Source of the DNA: Cycas panzhihuaensis
Taxonomy: Eukaryota > Plantae > Cycadophyta
Length of the DNA: 64,000 nucleotides
Direction: 5' to 3'
Assembly (NCBI GenBank): GCA_023213395.1
Contig: CM041465.1
Span: 88,605,741 to 88,669,740 of the forward strand
Shown: positions 26,127 through 39,779 of the stretch, piece after piece
Layout: every line of letters starts with the position of its first letter
Position numbering within the stretch: position 1 is the stretch's first letter
Program-made: the position numbers and the translations under genes
The notes under the pieces: generated by a model
The model's input: only the letters and a program-made list of their open reading frames with translations
Databases searched by the model: none
What the model was told of the DNA's origin: nothing

Positions 26127-29100
26127 TGTTGGGATAACACCCAATGTGCATTTGTCTATGTGCACTTAGGGACCCTCAAAGCCACCTTTGGGGCTTCCTA
26201 GGGCACATTGGGCCACATAACAGCCATCAAGAGACACCCATATACTGACATACTTCTATTAAGGTATGTGCACATTTGTTTATTTTATTTTTTTAATACT
26301 AATTTGAAATCATGTATATGTCAGGTTGAGGCACTTGTTGCCTCTCCAAAATTATCTATAAAAAGGGTGGGAATACCTCCCTGGTGTTTTTTAACATCAC
26401 CTTTGATTCGATTAGAAATTTTAATCTAAAGAGCAACAATGCACTCGCTAATATGAAGTCCCGATCTACACGTTGTCCTTCATTTGTTATCAAAGTGTAT
26501 GATTTCATCAACGACACTTGTATATTATATTTTTGTTCATTATTCTCCTTTATATTAAAGTTTACAATAAGGTTATCATTTGAATATTTAATATATTAAC
26601 TTGAGCAACCTCCATTTGATGCACATACACTCCATTTAGACTTTTAACTCCTAATTTTATGTAGCAAATTTAGTTATGTGCAGGATATTGAGATTTGGAA
26701 TGAAAAAGAGTAGTTTCTTCAAAGTTTTTTAAATCATTTTTTAGAAGTTCTTAGTTTAGTTTTTGGGAAAAACGAGTAACTTGAACATTAGAATAGTCCA
26801 GCTTCCAAACTAGTGATCAGAACCCCATCAAGCGACTATTCGTTTCGATCATAGTCAAGTTATCTTCAAAATAGAAGAATCTATTCGTTGTTTCATGCAC
26901 CAAAAGTGGAGATATCCTCCTTAGATTGCCAAGTACCTCTCTGATCTCTAAAACCCCCTGTCCCTTTTATTTTTTCATTTTTAGCTTAATATTTATCATT
27001 CTTTTTTCAATTTTTTTTGGAAATCTTGGGCACTGAGACCCTGCACCCTATCTTAAATATTACTCAGTATAAAATATTATGCTCTACATTTTGCTTCATG
27101 TCTTGGATATCCTCCACTTGTATGCCATTTTCACTTTATTTTTCGTTGTTTCAATCTATTCTAATTAGAGATCTCAATGTCTGACCTCCGTGGAGCCGTC
27201 ACAGTGAGTAATCAATGATTTTGAATCATAATTTTTGCTAAGGATTCTCCATTTACCCTTTATTTTCTCTGTGTGGCTGTGTGACATCATCACTTTATTT
27301 TATTTTTTTTCATATTAAAAATCTTTTTTTTTTTAAGAATTTCTTCATTGAATCACTTCATAGATCATTGGCACCCCTTTGTAGCCCATCCTCGATCGAC
27401 CTTATCACATTTTCTATCTCATTTTTAAATCAAAAATGTCTCTACAGTCCTTTCGTGCCGTGCAACTTTATATCACCATTTTCTCTTTTTTTTTTCATAT
27501 TAAAACCTCTTTTTTTTAATCTATTCTTTTATCAAATTGCTCGGTAGCTCCATAGTAACCATCTTCTAATCATTTTTTATTAGATTCCAATATGTTTTAA
27601 TTAATTTTTTGCCTCTATTTATCATTGATTCATGACAACGAGTTTCATTCGATAATTTTTTATTTTTCTTAAGGTTTAATTAAATTAAATTGTATTGCAT
27701 TATGTTTTGAAGTCTAAGCAGTCAAATTAGACTTTAGCCCCTTTTGTTTAGTGGACCTTAGTTCTATTTGACTTGCATGTGACCTCTAGACTACGTGTTA
27801 AAAGGATTAATCACCTTTTTATTATAAAGTTTTATTTATATTTTTTCTCAAAAGGGTCACTATCATTTTTCCAATGTATCTTCTCTCTAGCTTATCAGTT
27901 TTCAACGAAACTAGGTCCATTACATTTGTCTTTCAGAGAGCTACAATGTGGACTACTCATTTATTAGATTTTAGACCTTTTTTGCTAAGATTTAATCATT
28001 TGATGTGACCTCTTCGTTTAACCTTTATTTTATTAATCGTAAAGAGGTCCTTTCACCTTTTCTGCAATAACTCTAGTATATGAGCTTTATTTTTTTAATC
28101 GTCTATTTTGTTGGAAAGCTAGTTTGATTCTCTACATGTTGGTATAATTGTTTATCTAATTTGAAGTTGTTTTATAGGTTTTAAAAGCTAGTGAAGTTGA
28201 GATAACTTATTTGACTTAGTTCATTATTTTTTAGCAATATTAAAGTATATTTTTCTAAGTTTCTTTATCTTAAGACACACTAAGAGGTCTCTAATCTATA
28301 TATGACCATTTTCACATCATTCTACAAAGATTTAATCTAAATTTTATAGCATCTAAGCCCCATGGCTCTAGTTTAAACCCTTAAAAGGGTCCTCTCATTC
28401 ATTCATTAATATCTTGAGCTCTAGGAGCTTATTTTCTAAACAATTGAATCCATCGGGAAGGTTTTTTAATACTCTTCACATTGGAATAAGTTTTGCTTAA
28501 ATTTGATATTATTTTATAGGTGTTTGAAGCTAGTAATCTTGAGCTTCTTGTTTAGCCTTGATAGACCTAATCTTATAACTCTTTAAGTAGTTCATTATTT
28601 TAAAAAGATTATACTTATATTATTAATCACTACTAATCTATTCTTGAAGCTATTGTTGGGTTTTATATGTATTTTTCAAGCTATTTTGTAACCAGAAGTT
28701 AATTCTTTAGCACTTAAAGCTATCAATAAACTAAGTGGTGTTACTTCAATAAGTAGGTGTAATCTGTGCTACATTTGTTTACTTTCTGTATTATTCATTG
28801 AATACTCATTACTTTTTGATATTTTTATCATCTTAAGTAAAGGTTATACTTAAGAATTTCAGGTTTTATATACATCTACTTTATTTTTTTTTTAAAGGAT
28901 AATTAGTCATCTCCATTATCTTGCATACATTGTTAAAGAAGTTATTTTATTCTACATTAACATAGAAGTGATTTTTTATTTTACTTTAGCTCCTTCTTAC
29001 TTTTGAAAACTTCAAGATTAGTTGAAAAAAGTCATAGCTTATCTGTTTATTTATCATTAAAAGTAACTAGAGTTCAGACTTGTATTATTTAAAGCATTAA

Positions 29101-32100
29101 AGGAGCATATAGATCCTTGCTTTCTTTATATATCATATCAAGTTGAAAAACTGGGTTGTATTCTTTTGCTCGCTTAAAAAGGAAAAGATTCATTACTTCA
29201 TTCACTTGATTTAATAAGATTTGAAGAAAAGGTTATTACATATATTCCTTTAAAAGATATCTCTATTTCATATAAGTTGATCTCTATTGTTTATTATTTA
29301 TTGTTCTCTTGCTTAGTGAATTTATTTTCCTTTAGTTACTTTATTTTCTTGCATAAAGGGAACCTTTTCAAATCCTAAGTGAGACCATAAGTTTTAACTA
29401 ATATATCATCACATTAAACAAGATAACTCCTTAATCAATCACACTTATTTCCAACCTTGTAAGGGGAATGGTTAAGACCCTTAAAGTTACCACCACTCAC
29501 ATGCTAACTAGATTACTCATATTAGATGAGGAAAGTCATTAGTTATAAGGTATATTAGATGGCAGGATAAGGTCTAGAACCTATCCTTATTTGGTGTTTG
29601 GAGACCAAGGCTAGACCTAGAGAGGGTGAGTGCCTTAGTTCATGCAACCTTCACTGCTAGATCTATTGCTAGGCATAAGTCTAACGTATGTGGATCCATA
29701 ATTTAGAGGGGGTGTAAAAACCTTCATAGTAGCCTATGTACTAAGGTATATCAAGCCTTGAGCTCATGTACTAATATATTAGGTTCTTCTTTTGCCACTT
29801 GTGGGTAGGTGCCACTAGATAGAATAACAACCAAAGGTTTTCCTTAGAGACCCCTAAATTTAGAGCCTAGAAGCCTTATTAAGGACTAGTTCACTTTGAA
29901 AACTTTGGGTAAAACTTAGGATATTAACACTTGGTTCAAATCTCAAATTTAAACACTTGTAAACCTTATTTCATTTATCACATTTTTTAAAAACTTTAGC
30001 AAAAATAGCCTCAAGCTTTGGTAATATGATTATTCCTAAATTCAATGGAAATAACTTCTTAAATCAGAGTAGGAGGATGAGACCCATCCTCATAGTTAAC
30101 GAGATGTGGGAGATTATGAAATCAGGGTATAATAAGTTAGGTTCGAATGCAATGTATGTAGAAAAATCCACTTATAAAGAAAATATCAAAAAGGACAATG
30201 AGGTTATTGCACTCATATTTTGTGTATTAGAAAACCATATTTTCCGTCATGTAAGTAAATCTACCAAATCAAAAGAAGCATGGGACACATTTGAGTTGAT
30301 CTATGAAGGAGTTACATACTCCATGCTCCAAAATCTTAGAAGTAAGTTTAAGGACTTGCATATGATACCTACAGAATTGGTAACAGAGTTTATAACTAAG
30401 GTTCAGGATATACTTAACTAGACGAGGTCTCTTAGGGATACTTTAACAGCACAAAGGGTGGTTGAATGAATCTTAAGATGTGTTGGTGTAATTAAAAGAT
30501 TTGAAATCATTGCCACAAGTATAAGTGTGTCAAAGGACCTAAGTACATTAAAGGTAGAATAACTAAGTGTTATGTTTATGTCAGTCAAAGAACAACAAAA
30601 TGCTAATGAATCGCTTGAGCATGCCTTTGCCACTAAGGCTGGAATTTAATAAAATTCTCAAGTAGGAACTTCAAGATCTAGGTAATCACCTCCTAAGAGA
30701 AGGGATAGGAACCCTATAAGGGATGTTAGACAAGACCCTCCCAAGTACCAAGCCCTACATTAAAGGAGGTAAGGAGGACATCAACAAAATGAGAACCCTC
30801 CTAAGTACCCAAATAAAAAAAAATAATTTAAAGGACATACATGTTGTCCAAATTGTCAAGGTAATGCTTAATAATCAAGGTAAAATTAGGATTATTATGA
30901 TAACAAATAAAGAGAAAATCCTCCCCCACATTATAAGAAAAAGAGGAGACCTTCCAATGTTGATAGATCTCATTCACAAAGCAAAAGTTTAAGCTATGGA
31001 AGGAGAGATCATTTATATTATTCCTATTGCTATAGAAGTGGTCATTTAGAAGATAAGTGCTTTTCAAAACATGGACCACCCACCAAAGGAAGTAACCATA
31101 ACACACCAGAATCGAGGGACAATAATAGATTATTTCTATCCAGCTTCACTGCCCAGGAAGAAGAGGATGATAGCTAGTATATTGACTCAAGTTGTTTAAC
31201 TCATATGATCCATAAGGAACATCTATTTCAAATATTAGATAAAAATAGGAAGGGATCCATAATGTTTGGAGATGATACCTCCTACAAATCAATTGGTAGA
31301 GGTAATATAACCTTCATGATGGATATAGGAAAATATAGACATCTTAATGACGTCTTGTATGTTCTAGCTTTAAAGAAAAATGTATTATCTGTAGGGTAGA
31401 TGATGGGACAAGACTACAAAGTTATATTTGACAATGATGAGTGTGTAATCAAAGATAAAAGAAGAAACAAAGTTGTAGTAGTAAAAGGGAAGATGACCAA
31501 GGATCATTTATTCAAATTCAATCTTACTCCTTCAAATACATATACCTTAAGGACTACAACTAAATTGGATAGCGAATTATAGCATAGGAGATTTTTCAAT
31601 CTTAACTACAATAGTTTAGCCCTTATAAAGAAAATGGATATGGTAAATAGATTACCACATATTGGAGTGAACAAAAACCTATGTAAAGGATGTCTTCTTG
31701 GTAAACACCATAGGGAAAGTTTTCTAGACTTTAGACATTGAGCATCAAGTCCACTTCAATTGGTATATACAGATATTTGTAGTCCAATGAATATTCCCTC
31801 ACTAGCAAGTACTTGATACTTCATCATATTCATAAATGATTTCACAAGGAAGACATAGGTATCCTTCTCCAAATATAAATCAAATATCTTTCAACACTTT
31901 GTTGACTTCAAAGGCTTTGTGAAGCGACAAAGTGGATACAGGTTACTATCCCTAAGATCAGATAATAGGGGAGAATTTATCTCTAATATATTCAAGGATT
32001 ATTGTGTTTACTATGGCATTAGAAGACAGCTCACTAATCCTTACACCCCCATATTAAAATGGTGTAGCGAAGAGGAAAAATTGCATAATAGTCGAAATGG

Positions 32101-34597
32101 CTAGGTGCATGTTAAAGGACATGAATTTTGGGCTAAAGCAGTACATATAATTGTTTATTTACTCAATAAGTGCTCCACCAAGGCCCTTAGGTGGAACACT
32201 CCTTAAAAAGCTTAGAACGGCTACAAACTAAGCATACATCATCTTAGAGTCTTTGGATGCCTAGCCTATGCTCACATTCCTAATCAACGAGATCCAAGTT
32301 GGACGGTTATAACATCAAATATATATTCCTTAGTTATAACGAAATATCCAAGTCATATAAAGTTTATGATCCCAAATCAAAAAGGGTCATGTTAAGCAGA
32401 GATGTTAAATTCCAAGAGGATGCCTATTATCAAGATATTTAAGAAAAGAAGAAGGAAGTTGCAATTAAGTTTGATACATCATCCAAATCCAAATATGTGA
32501 CTCCTATGTTTGACTCTAGAAAAGTCATCAATGAACCTAGTGGGGAGGGAATTTCCTCTCAACCTCTACCATAAAATCTACCAAAATAGGTTCATTGGAA
32601 TCATGACTTGGGCAATATATTGGACAATAATTATAGATCCACATACTCGCATAGGGTTAATTTTGCCCTCATGAGCAAAGTATTGGAAACTCATGAGCCT
32701 CAAACTTTTGATGAGGCCAATAAACATGCATGTTGGTGAAAGGTAATGGAAGATGAATTCAACTCTATTGTTAAAAATAACACTTGGGAGTTAGTCAATT
32801 TACCTCCAAAGAAAAAGCCTATTGGCACCAAATGGATCTACAAAACCAAGTTTTGTTCAGATGGCTCTATTGACAAATACAAGGCTAGATTAGTTGCTAA
32901 GGGTTATACCCGAAAAGAAGGCATTGACTATACTAAAACTTTTCCCCCTATTACTTAGATGGAAATGGTTAGAATGATGATGAGCTTAGTAGCCCAAATG
33001 GGTTAGAAGGTTTACCAAATAGATGTTAAAAGTGCCTTCCTCAATGACTATATCAAAAAGGATATTTATGTCACTCAACCGTTCAATTTTGAAGTTAAGG
33101 GGGGGAAGAAAATAAAGTGTATAAACTTAAAAAGGCACTCTATGGTTTAAAACAAACACTCAAGGTTTGGTATTCTCGCATAAATAAATACTTCAAAAAT
33201 TAAGGTTTTGAAAGATCTCAAGAAGATCCTAATCTGTATATTCAAATCAAGGGAGATTCAATCCTAATAATAGGATTTTATGTGGATGACATTGTATATA
33301 CTAGAAATGACTCCCACTTGTTATGACAATTCAAAGATGCTATGTGTAAAGAATTTAAAATGATAGATTTTGGGCTAATGCATTACTTCTTAGGCCTAAA
33401 AGTTTGGTAAGACAAGAAGGCCATTTTCATTTTCCAATGGAAACATACCTTGGATTTATTATAAAAGTTTAGAATGACTGACTATAAACCATTGGAAACT
33501 CTAATATAAACTAAAATTAAGCTCTCCAAGTCAGATGATTCTACATCAGTCGACCCTATGCTTCTGAGACAACTTATAAGCGATTTTGATATATTTGACA
33601 TCCACTCGACCAGATATAACACACTCAGTCAATGTTATGTATAGGTTTATAAAAGATCTAAAGACCACCCATTGGCAAGCAACTAAGAGAATTCTCTAAT
33701 ATCTCAAAGAAACTTTAGAATATGGGTTATACTACAAAGGTTCTCCAAAATTTTAGTTAACTAGTTATACAAACTTAGATTAAGTATGAGACATTAATGA
33801 TAGGAAATCAATAACATGTTATATGTTTAGTATGGGGCCAATAGCTATAGCATGGAGTATAAAGAAATAGAACATAGTTTCCTTATCTACAACTAAGGTA
33901 GAGTATAAAACAACAGTTGTAGGTGTATGTGAATTAGTTTGGTTAAGAAGATTACTATAAGATTTCTAACTAAAATAGAAAGGCCCTACCAAAATTTGGC
34001 GCGATAATCAGAGCACTATTTAAATGGTAAAGAATCTAATTTTTCATGGCAGAACAAAACACATCAAGACTCAACATCACTTCATTCTAGAACTAGTGCA
34101 AGTAGAAGAAATTGAATTGGCTTATTACAGTACTAAAGACCAAACAGTCGATATATTCACAAAGGTATTGGGCAAAGTTAAATTCCAAAAATTCAGAGAT
34201 AGCTTGGGAGTTATTCACATTGGGCATTATGGAGGAGAATGTTAGGATAACACCCAATGTGCATTTGTAGATGTGTACCTAAGACCCCTCAAAGCCACCT
34301 TTGGGGCTCCCTAGGGCACCTTGGGCCACAAAACAGTCATCAGGAGCCACCCATATGCTGACACACTTTTATTAAGGTATGTGTACATTTATTTATTTTA
34401 TTTTATTAATACTAATTTGAAATCATGTATAGGTCAATTTGAGGCACTTCTCACCTCCCCAAAATCATCTATAAAAGGGGTGGGAATACCTCCTTGGTGT
34501 TTTCTAATATTGCCCTTGATTCGATTAGAAATTTTAATCTAAAGAGCAACAATGCACTCACCAATGTGAAGTCCTACTCTACACCTCATCCTTTAAT
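26127..34597 (+). mobile_element. Ty1/copia LTR retrotransposon with complete decayed gag-pol and paired LTR starts
   Basis: LTR starts TGTTGGGATAACACCC at 26127 and TGTTAGGATAACACCC at 34240 are colinear for ~355 bp (offset 8113). PPT GGAGGAGAA at 34231-34239. gag IIPKFNGNNF (ORF 30026). Zinc knuckle YCYRSGHLEDKC at ~31025. Protease *YIDSSCLTHM at 31175. Integrase [21 protein letters not shown] and FYVDD, RNase H FHGRTKHI...DIFTK. Confidence 0.95.
26485..29829. mobile_element. 3.3-kb non-coding insert, probable nested solo LTR splitting the copia 5' LTR
   Basis: Starts where LTR-LTR homology stops. Termini TGTTAT...ATAACA form a perfect 6-bp inverted repeat. The following 29830-29929 ends ATATTAACA, then a degenerate PBS TGGTTCAAATC. 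No TSD found. Confidence 0.5.
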
Positions 34598-34601
34598 TCA
34601 A

Positions 34602-36145
34602 ATTTAGTGATGTTCAATGGAAAAATTTTATTTAGAGTGGTTATGAGGCATAAAACCTTATTTAATTTCAAATGACTTATGAAAATTTATTTTTTAAGGA
34701 TATAAAGTTCTAGTACATATCTATCCTACTACTTAGTTAACACTTAATTAAAAAAATGAAAAGGAGAAAATTGAAATAAAAGACAATAGAGTATTTTGTT
34801 GAATCTATTCTACTTTTAATGAGGATATATTCTTCCATGTGTATTATGTTAAAACTATTAAGTAAACATGGGATACATTAAAAACTATTTATACTCCAGA
34901 TGTCAAGCCACTTAAAGAAAAGCTAGTGATTGTTGAAGATAAAAATAAGTTTGAAAAGGTTGATGAACTTTCCATATTATTTATTCATTTCAGAAGACCA
35001 AAGCCTTAAGGTAATACTATAGGTGATCAAAACATAGGTAATTAAGATTCTTAGGAAAATATAGAAGTTCATATTAAGAAGAAATATTAAGAGAATATAG
35101 TTGAAACATTATTGATAAATCTACTACTAAATATGAAAATACTACTACTAAACTCATTATTGAATCTGATGAGACTACTACTATTGAGTATGTTAACTGT
35201 GATGAATTTGTTGTTGTTATTAGATGTGAAGAATATATTGATAATTGTGATTAAATAATTTAAGATGTCAAAGGCTTTTTACTCGTTTCTACAAATATTC
35301 CTATTACTTCAAAGGAGATTGTATTTGAAGTTGAATATGAATCAAATTTACTTATATCCACTGATACTACTAATGATTCAAATTCAAGTGATATTCTTAT
35401 TTTGAATATTAATTCAAATTTGAGTATACAAGTTTTAAAAGATGATTCTAATTCTTAAAATAATAAGGATTTATTAGTTAATAAAGATAAAATAGATTTT
35501 GATTGAGTTTGATCTAATAGATATTCTTGATTTAAATTTTGATAAGATAATGATAAAATTTCAAGTGATTGAGAATGATGAACCTAAAGTAAAATACAAA
35601 GAAGTTGAAACAAAAGTTTATGAAATAGTTAATCTGAGAGAGATCTTATAAGATCTACATCAAAATCAAAATAAAGTTATAAAGATTTAATACGATAATT
35701 AAAATACTATACAGATGATGAAGAACTCAATTTTAGGAGTTGATATAATAAAAACAGGTTGAAGACCAAATTTTAGATATCATTTTTAAGATATTTTTGA
35801 AGATTAAGTGTTGCAAATTCAAAGCAACATCTATGTTCCCAAATATATATTATGGGGAGTATTAGAATATCTTAGTTCATGATTTATAAGGTAAAGTTAT
35901 GATGCACATTTACGTAATTAATTTTATTATGATGTTGGTATTTTATGGTGGGTCCCATGCATAGCCAAGTTATGTATTATAAATGCATACTCTACATATC
36001 ATATTGACATATAGTTGTACAATTATTATTTGGTCTTAATCTAAGTTAAGGTACCTTTAGAGTGTTATTATAATCCTAGTGCTTATTAATTCTTTCATTG
36101 TACATTATTATTTTCTCTTAATTTATTCTTTCTAGAATTCTAATA
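34602..36145 (+). mobile_element. Internally deleted copia derivative: gag N-terminus, acidic low-complexity filler, RNase H tail, PPT and LTR (family A)
   Basis: MFNGK-(N)YLEW-like gag start at ~34610-34640. D/E/N/K-rich broken frames at 34900-35750. EDQILDI (compare EDQIADIFTK) at ~35761. PPT GGGGAG at 35854-35859. LTR 35860-36145. Confidence 0.65.
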
Positions 36146-36157
36146 TGGTATCAAGGC
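36146..36157 (+). other. Primer-binding site (tRNA-iMet type) directly after a PPT-preceded LTR
   Basis: TGGTATCAAGGC immediately after the LTR end CTAATA. Confidence 0.8.
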
Positions 36158-37784
36158 TAAGCTAAAGAAATCCTAAAGCATAGGTGAAGATCTTTGTGAG
36201 ATATTGTATTAGAGTTATACAGTAGGAGCAGAAGCAGAACAAAGCATATTGAAGATTATACATACATGGTAATGATATTTACCATCCAAGGATGATTCAT
36301 ACATGTATTATATAAGGAATTGATGAGCCAGTGACATGTTAGTATGAGCTAATATTGATTCAATATGAGCTAGTATTAGGAGTCAATTTAATAAACCAAA
36401 AACTAGGTTATGCTAATGATATATGATTGAGATTATTAGGGTATGATGAAGAAGACGTGATGAAAATTATGGTGCAAAGTGAATATGGAATCTCCTTATC
36501 AATATGTAAATGTATAAAGTATGGAATCTTTTATACATTTGCACACATATCATAAGTATGTAGGTTCTATTTGAGTCTATATTTAATGACTAAATAAAGA
36601 AGAGGTATGAATGGCCTATATATGATTGTTCACCTTATAGAGGAGAATAAAATTATTGTATAATGGTAAAGTTTTTAATTAATAGAATTCTTTGTCCACT
36701 TTGTTTATGGGTCTTTTTTCATTTGATGGCATTAATAAAATAAAACTTATTATTATTGTTGAGATATATGAGAAATTATAATATTTATAGAAAAGCTTAT
36801 AAGATTCCATATGTATTTATTGGTAAGATTTTGTGAGACATAATTAAGGTTTGAAAAAGTTTGAAGACAACTTGGATAAACCTGGAGGGTTAAAAAAAAG
36901 TATTTTTCAATGCATGCTTAAATTGTAGTGTTATTAGGTATGATTATTGATTGTTGATTCTTTGAAGGCTAATGATTGTTATTTGTTCTCCATCCCACAC
37001 TAGTTGATTTGATCAATTGCTAGAAGTTAAAATTAGTTCTAAAAGTTTTGGGTTAGTGGGGTAGGATACCCTTATCCTAATATACATGGTAAATGATATA
37101 TGGAGCTTATCCCTACACATCAATACCAACATAATACACTTCATTTGTATCTGCACATAACTTGCCTAGTTGCATACTTTACTAAGATAAGGATTTTATC
37201 AAAGGTCTATGATTTTGGAAGTGTATAGGACTAAATTTAAGAAAAGTTGTTGGAATATAATGTTTATTTTATGAGATATATATTAAGAGTCTTATTATTA
37301 TAGTTGGGGTTAGTCACAACTTAATGTTGTGAACTTAGGTGTGTAAGCCTATTATATACATACTATTTTGCAATGTCATTATAATGTTAATCATACAAGG
37401 TGCCATGTATAACCTTACATGATTAACTCATTATATTCTTTAAAATGGTTTTATAATGCTTTCTATATATATATTCAATATTTAATATATCAATAGATTA
37501 ATACTAGTTTTTGTTGTTGTTTATTTTGTTTCTCGTATATTGAGTGTGTGTATTTTTACAATTTGGTATTATAGTAGGTTTTGAGAGCCAACCATCTTTG
37601 AGATGGCACCTCTCAAATCTAGGGTATATGTGTTATTTTATATAGATAGGTATTAAAATTTCCACCAAACTTAAATTTGACCTATGAAAGTTTAAGTTTC
37701 TTTGAGAGGGCACGTTGGCAGCTCCATGACTATTTTTCTAGCACTATTCATATCTTGAAATCTATCATACACTAGATAGAAGAA

Positions 37785-38875
37785 TGTACTATGGTTCTGA
37801 TGGCATCACATAATGCTCAATCTACTGACTAGATTTCTACTTTCAATGAAAGTACATTATGAACATCATGGCAGGAGTCTAGAATTAGTATTCAATATAC
37901 ACAAACCTATTTTAAGGCTACTATTGTGAGGTTACACCATTTCAAGGTTCTCAAGCTCATGAAACTAGAATTAGACTATCTAATTCCTAATAAGTAGGGA
38001 TCCCTTCCAGGCTTGACCTCTTTAATTCTTGATGATAATAACATCATGGGTTTAATTCTGACCCACCTTGGGAACCTCACATCTTTACAAAAAACTATAG
38101 ATAGAATGTCAAGGTCTAATTATTATATTGTCATCAAAACTTTTTAGGCTAATCCAATTAAATGAGCTTTGAATGGATGGTGTAGGTTTACTTGGATTAC
38201 TCCTTGATTGCTTGGGTTAGCTCCATCAACTATAGATATTCATAGAAATAGGCAACCTAAATCTAGTCTCTCAGTTAACCACATTCCTTGTCAATCTAAC
38301 AAATCTCAATGTATTGTAATTGTTAGACTATATAATTATGGGGAGAATCCCTAAGCTCTACACAAAACTTCATAATTTATATATATATTGGCTCTAGATG
38401 GCAATGATTTAAATGAGAAAATTCTAGATACATTGGGTGATATTTTTGGATTATCTATGTTAGATCTTAGAAAAAATAGTTCTAAGGATCCATACCTAAT
38501 GTGCTAGGAAATTTATAGAGGTTGTATTCTCTATCACTTGCCTCTAATCATGTTAAGGATGCCATTCCTCCATCCTTGAGAAACTTGATTAATATGGATT
38601 GGTATATTTTGGGAAAACATGACATTATAAGATCCATCATTCGATTGTTTAATGAAAGCATTATGGCTAGATTTTCCTCTATAGATTGATTTGAGCTTCA
38701 ATTACCTTGAGGGTGAGATCCCAATGACTTTGGGCAATCTAACTTCATGGAACACTCTCAATCTTTATAATATTAAACTCAAGGGCACGTTCCCTATGTT
38801 TCTTTTAAATCTTATGGGGCTATTTATTGATAATAATTATCTTATAGATTCAGACCCCAAGAAAATGCTACCTGA
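37785..38875 (+). pseudogene. LRR receptor-like kinase/protein ectodomain pseudogene fragment
   Basis: Repeated plant extracellular LRR consensus: GSLPGLTSLILDDNNIMGLILTHLGNLTSLQK, ILALDGNDLNEKILDTLGDIFGLSMLDLRKN, GSIPNVLGNL*RLYSLSLASNHVKDAIPPSLRNL and IDLSFNYLEGEIPMTLGNLTSWNTLNLYNIKLKGTFP (ORF 38691-38921). N-cap remnant DGIT-(C)NAQSTD*I at ~37800. Many stops and frameshifts; no TM or kinase domain seen. Confidence 0.9.
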
Positions 38876-39779
38876 TAATCTAATGGTACCTACAAACGAT
38901 GTAGGGATTTTACTAATTTAAATGGGGTGAAGCTAGTTGTTCAAAAGGCCTTGATATCAAGGGGAGGACACCTTGGGTAAGATAAGCTACATAGAGTGAG
39001 GTCAAGGATTTAAAGTAATTGGAGTAATCAACTATTAGCTGTGAAGGCAGTAGTAAGGAGGGTTGCTCTTACACCTATTAAAATGAGAGTTGGTTTATGG
39101 ATCAAGAAAAGGAATGTACCTCTTAGGGTTCTAAGAAGTGGGTTATCTCTAGTGGTTTATTCAAGCAAGATTAATGGGGATTTGAAGCAAGCTCTTGGAA
39201 TAGTGGACTCTCTATTTACGAGCATAAAAATTGACAGGATAAGGGTGTAGGCATATACTTGGACAGGGACACAAAGATGAAGGGTTTTTAAAAACAAAAT
39301 AAATCTTAAGGGAAGTGATTTTAGAGAGAGACAAAGAGCTTTATAGGGTCATGAAAATCAGATTAATCCTATTTGAGAAAAAGATATCAAAGAGAGGTAG
39401 ATGATGTTTTTTGGTCATAAAAATCCCTCTTTTTTAGGGTAATTACTAGCTGGAGTATGGCCTTAATTAGAGAGAATATGTTGGGTTATAGGTTAGAGAA
39501 CATTTACTAAATTATTTTGGCTAGAAGGATCATTTATTGCTAGATGAAAATGAATTCTTAAAATTATGCATTTAATATTTTTTTCATAGTTAAGAATAAG
39601 CCATTAGAAATACAAATCTTTATTATTATACTTGCTATTTTACATCAATAAAAAAAAAAAAAGGCTAAAGTTACCTATATCCTACATGAATTTGATGTAG
39701 GCAGTATTTTGGTTTAATACCATTAGGGACTTCTCAAGTGTCAATTAACTTAGAGGATATGTTAGATAAACCACCAGTT

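Noticed and set aside
26208-26429. Duplicated 73-aa ORF (also 34321-34542)
   Set aside because: It lies within the paired LTRs, starts at TTG, and has no recognisable domain.
29932-29943. GGTTCAAATC as a tRNA T-loop/B-box (tRNA or SINE)
   Set aside because: No A-box or cloverleaf is seen. Its position just after an LTR-like end and before gag fits a degenerate PBS.
26122-34606. TSD ATTTA around the 26127-34597 copia
   Set aside because: The right-hand ATTTA (34602-34606) is one base off a CA end and beyond clear LTR homology. A chance match is likely in AT-rich DNA.
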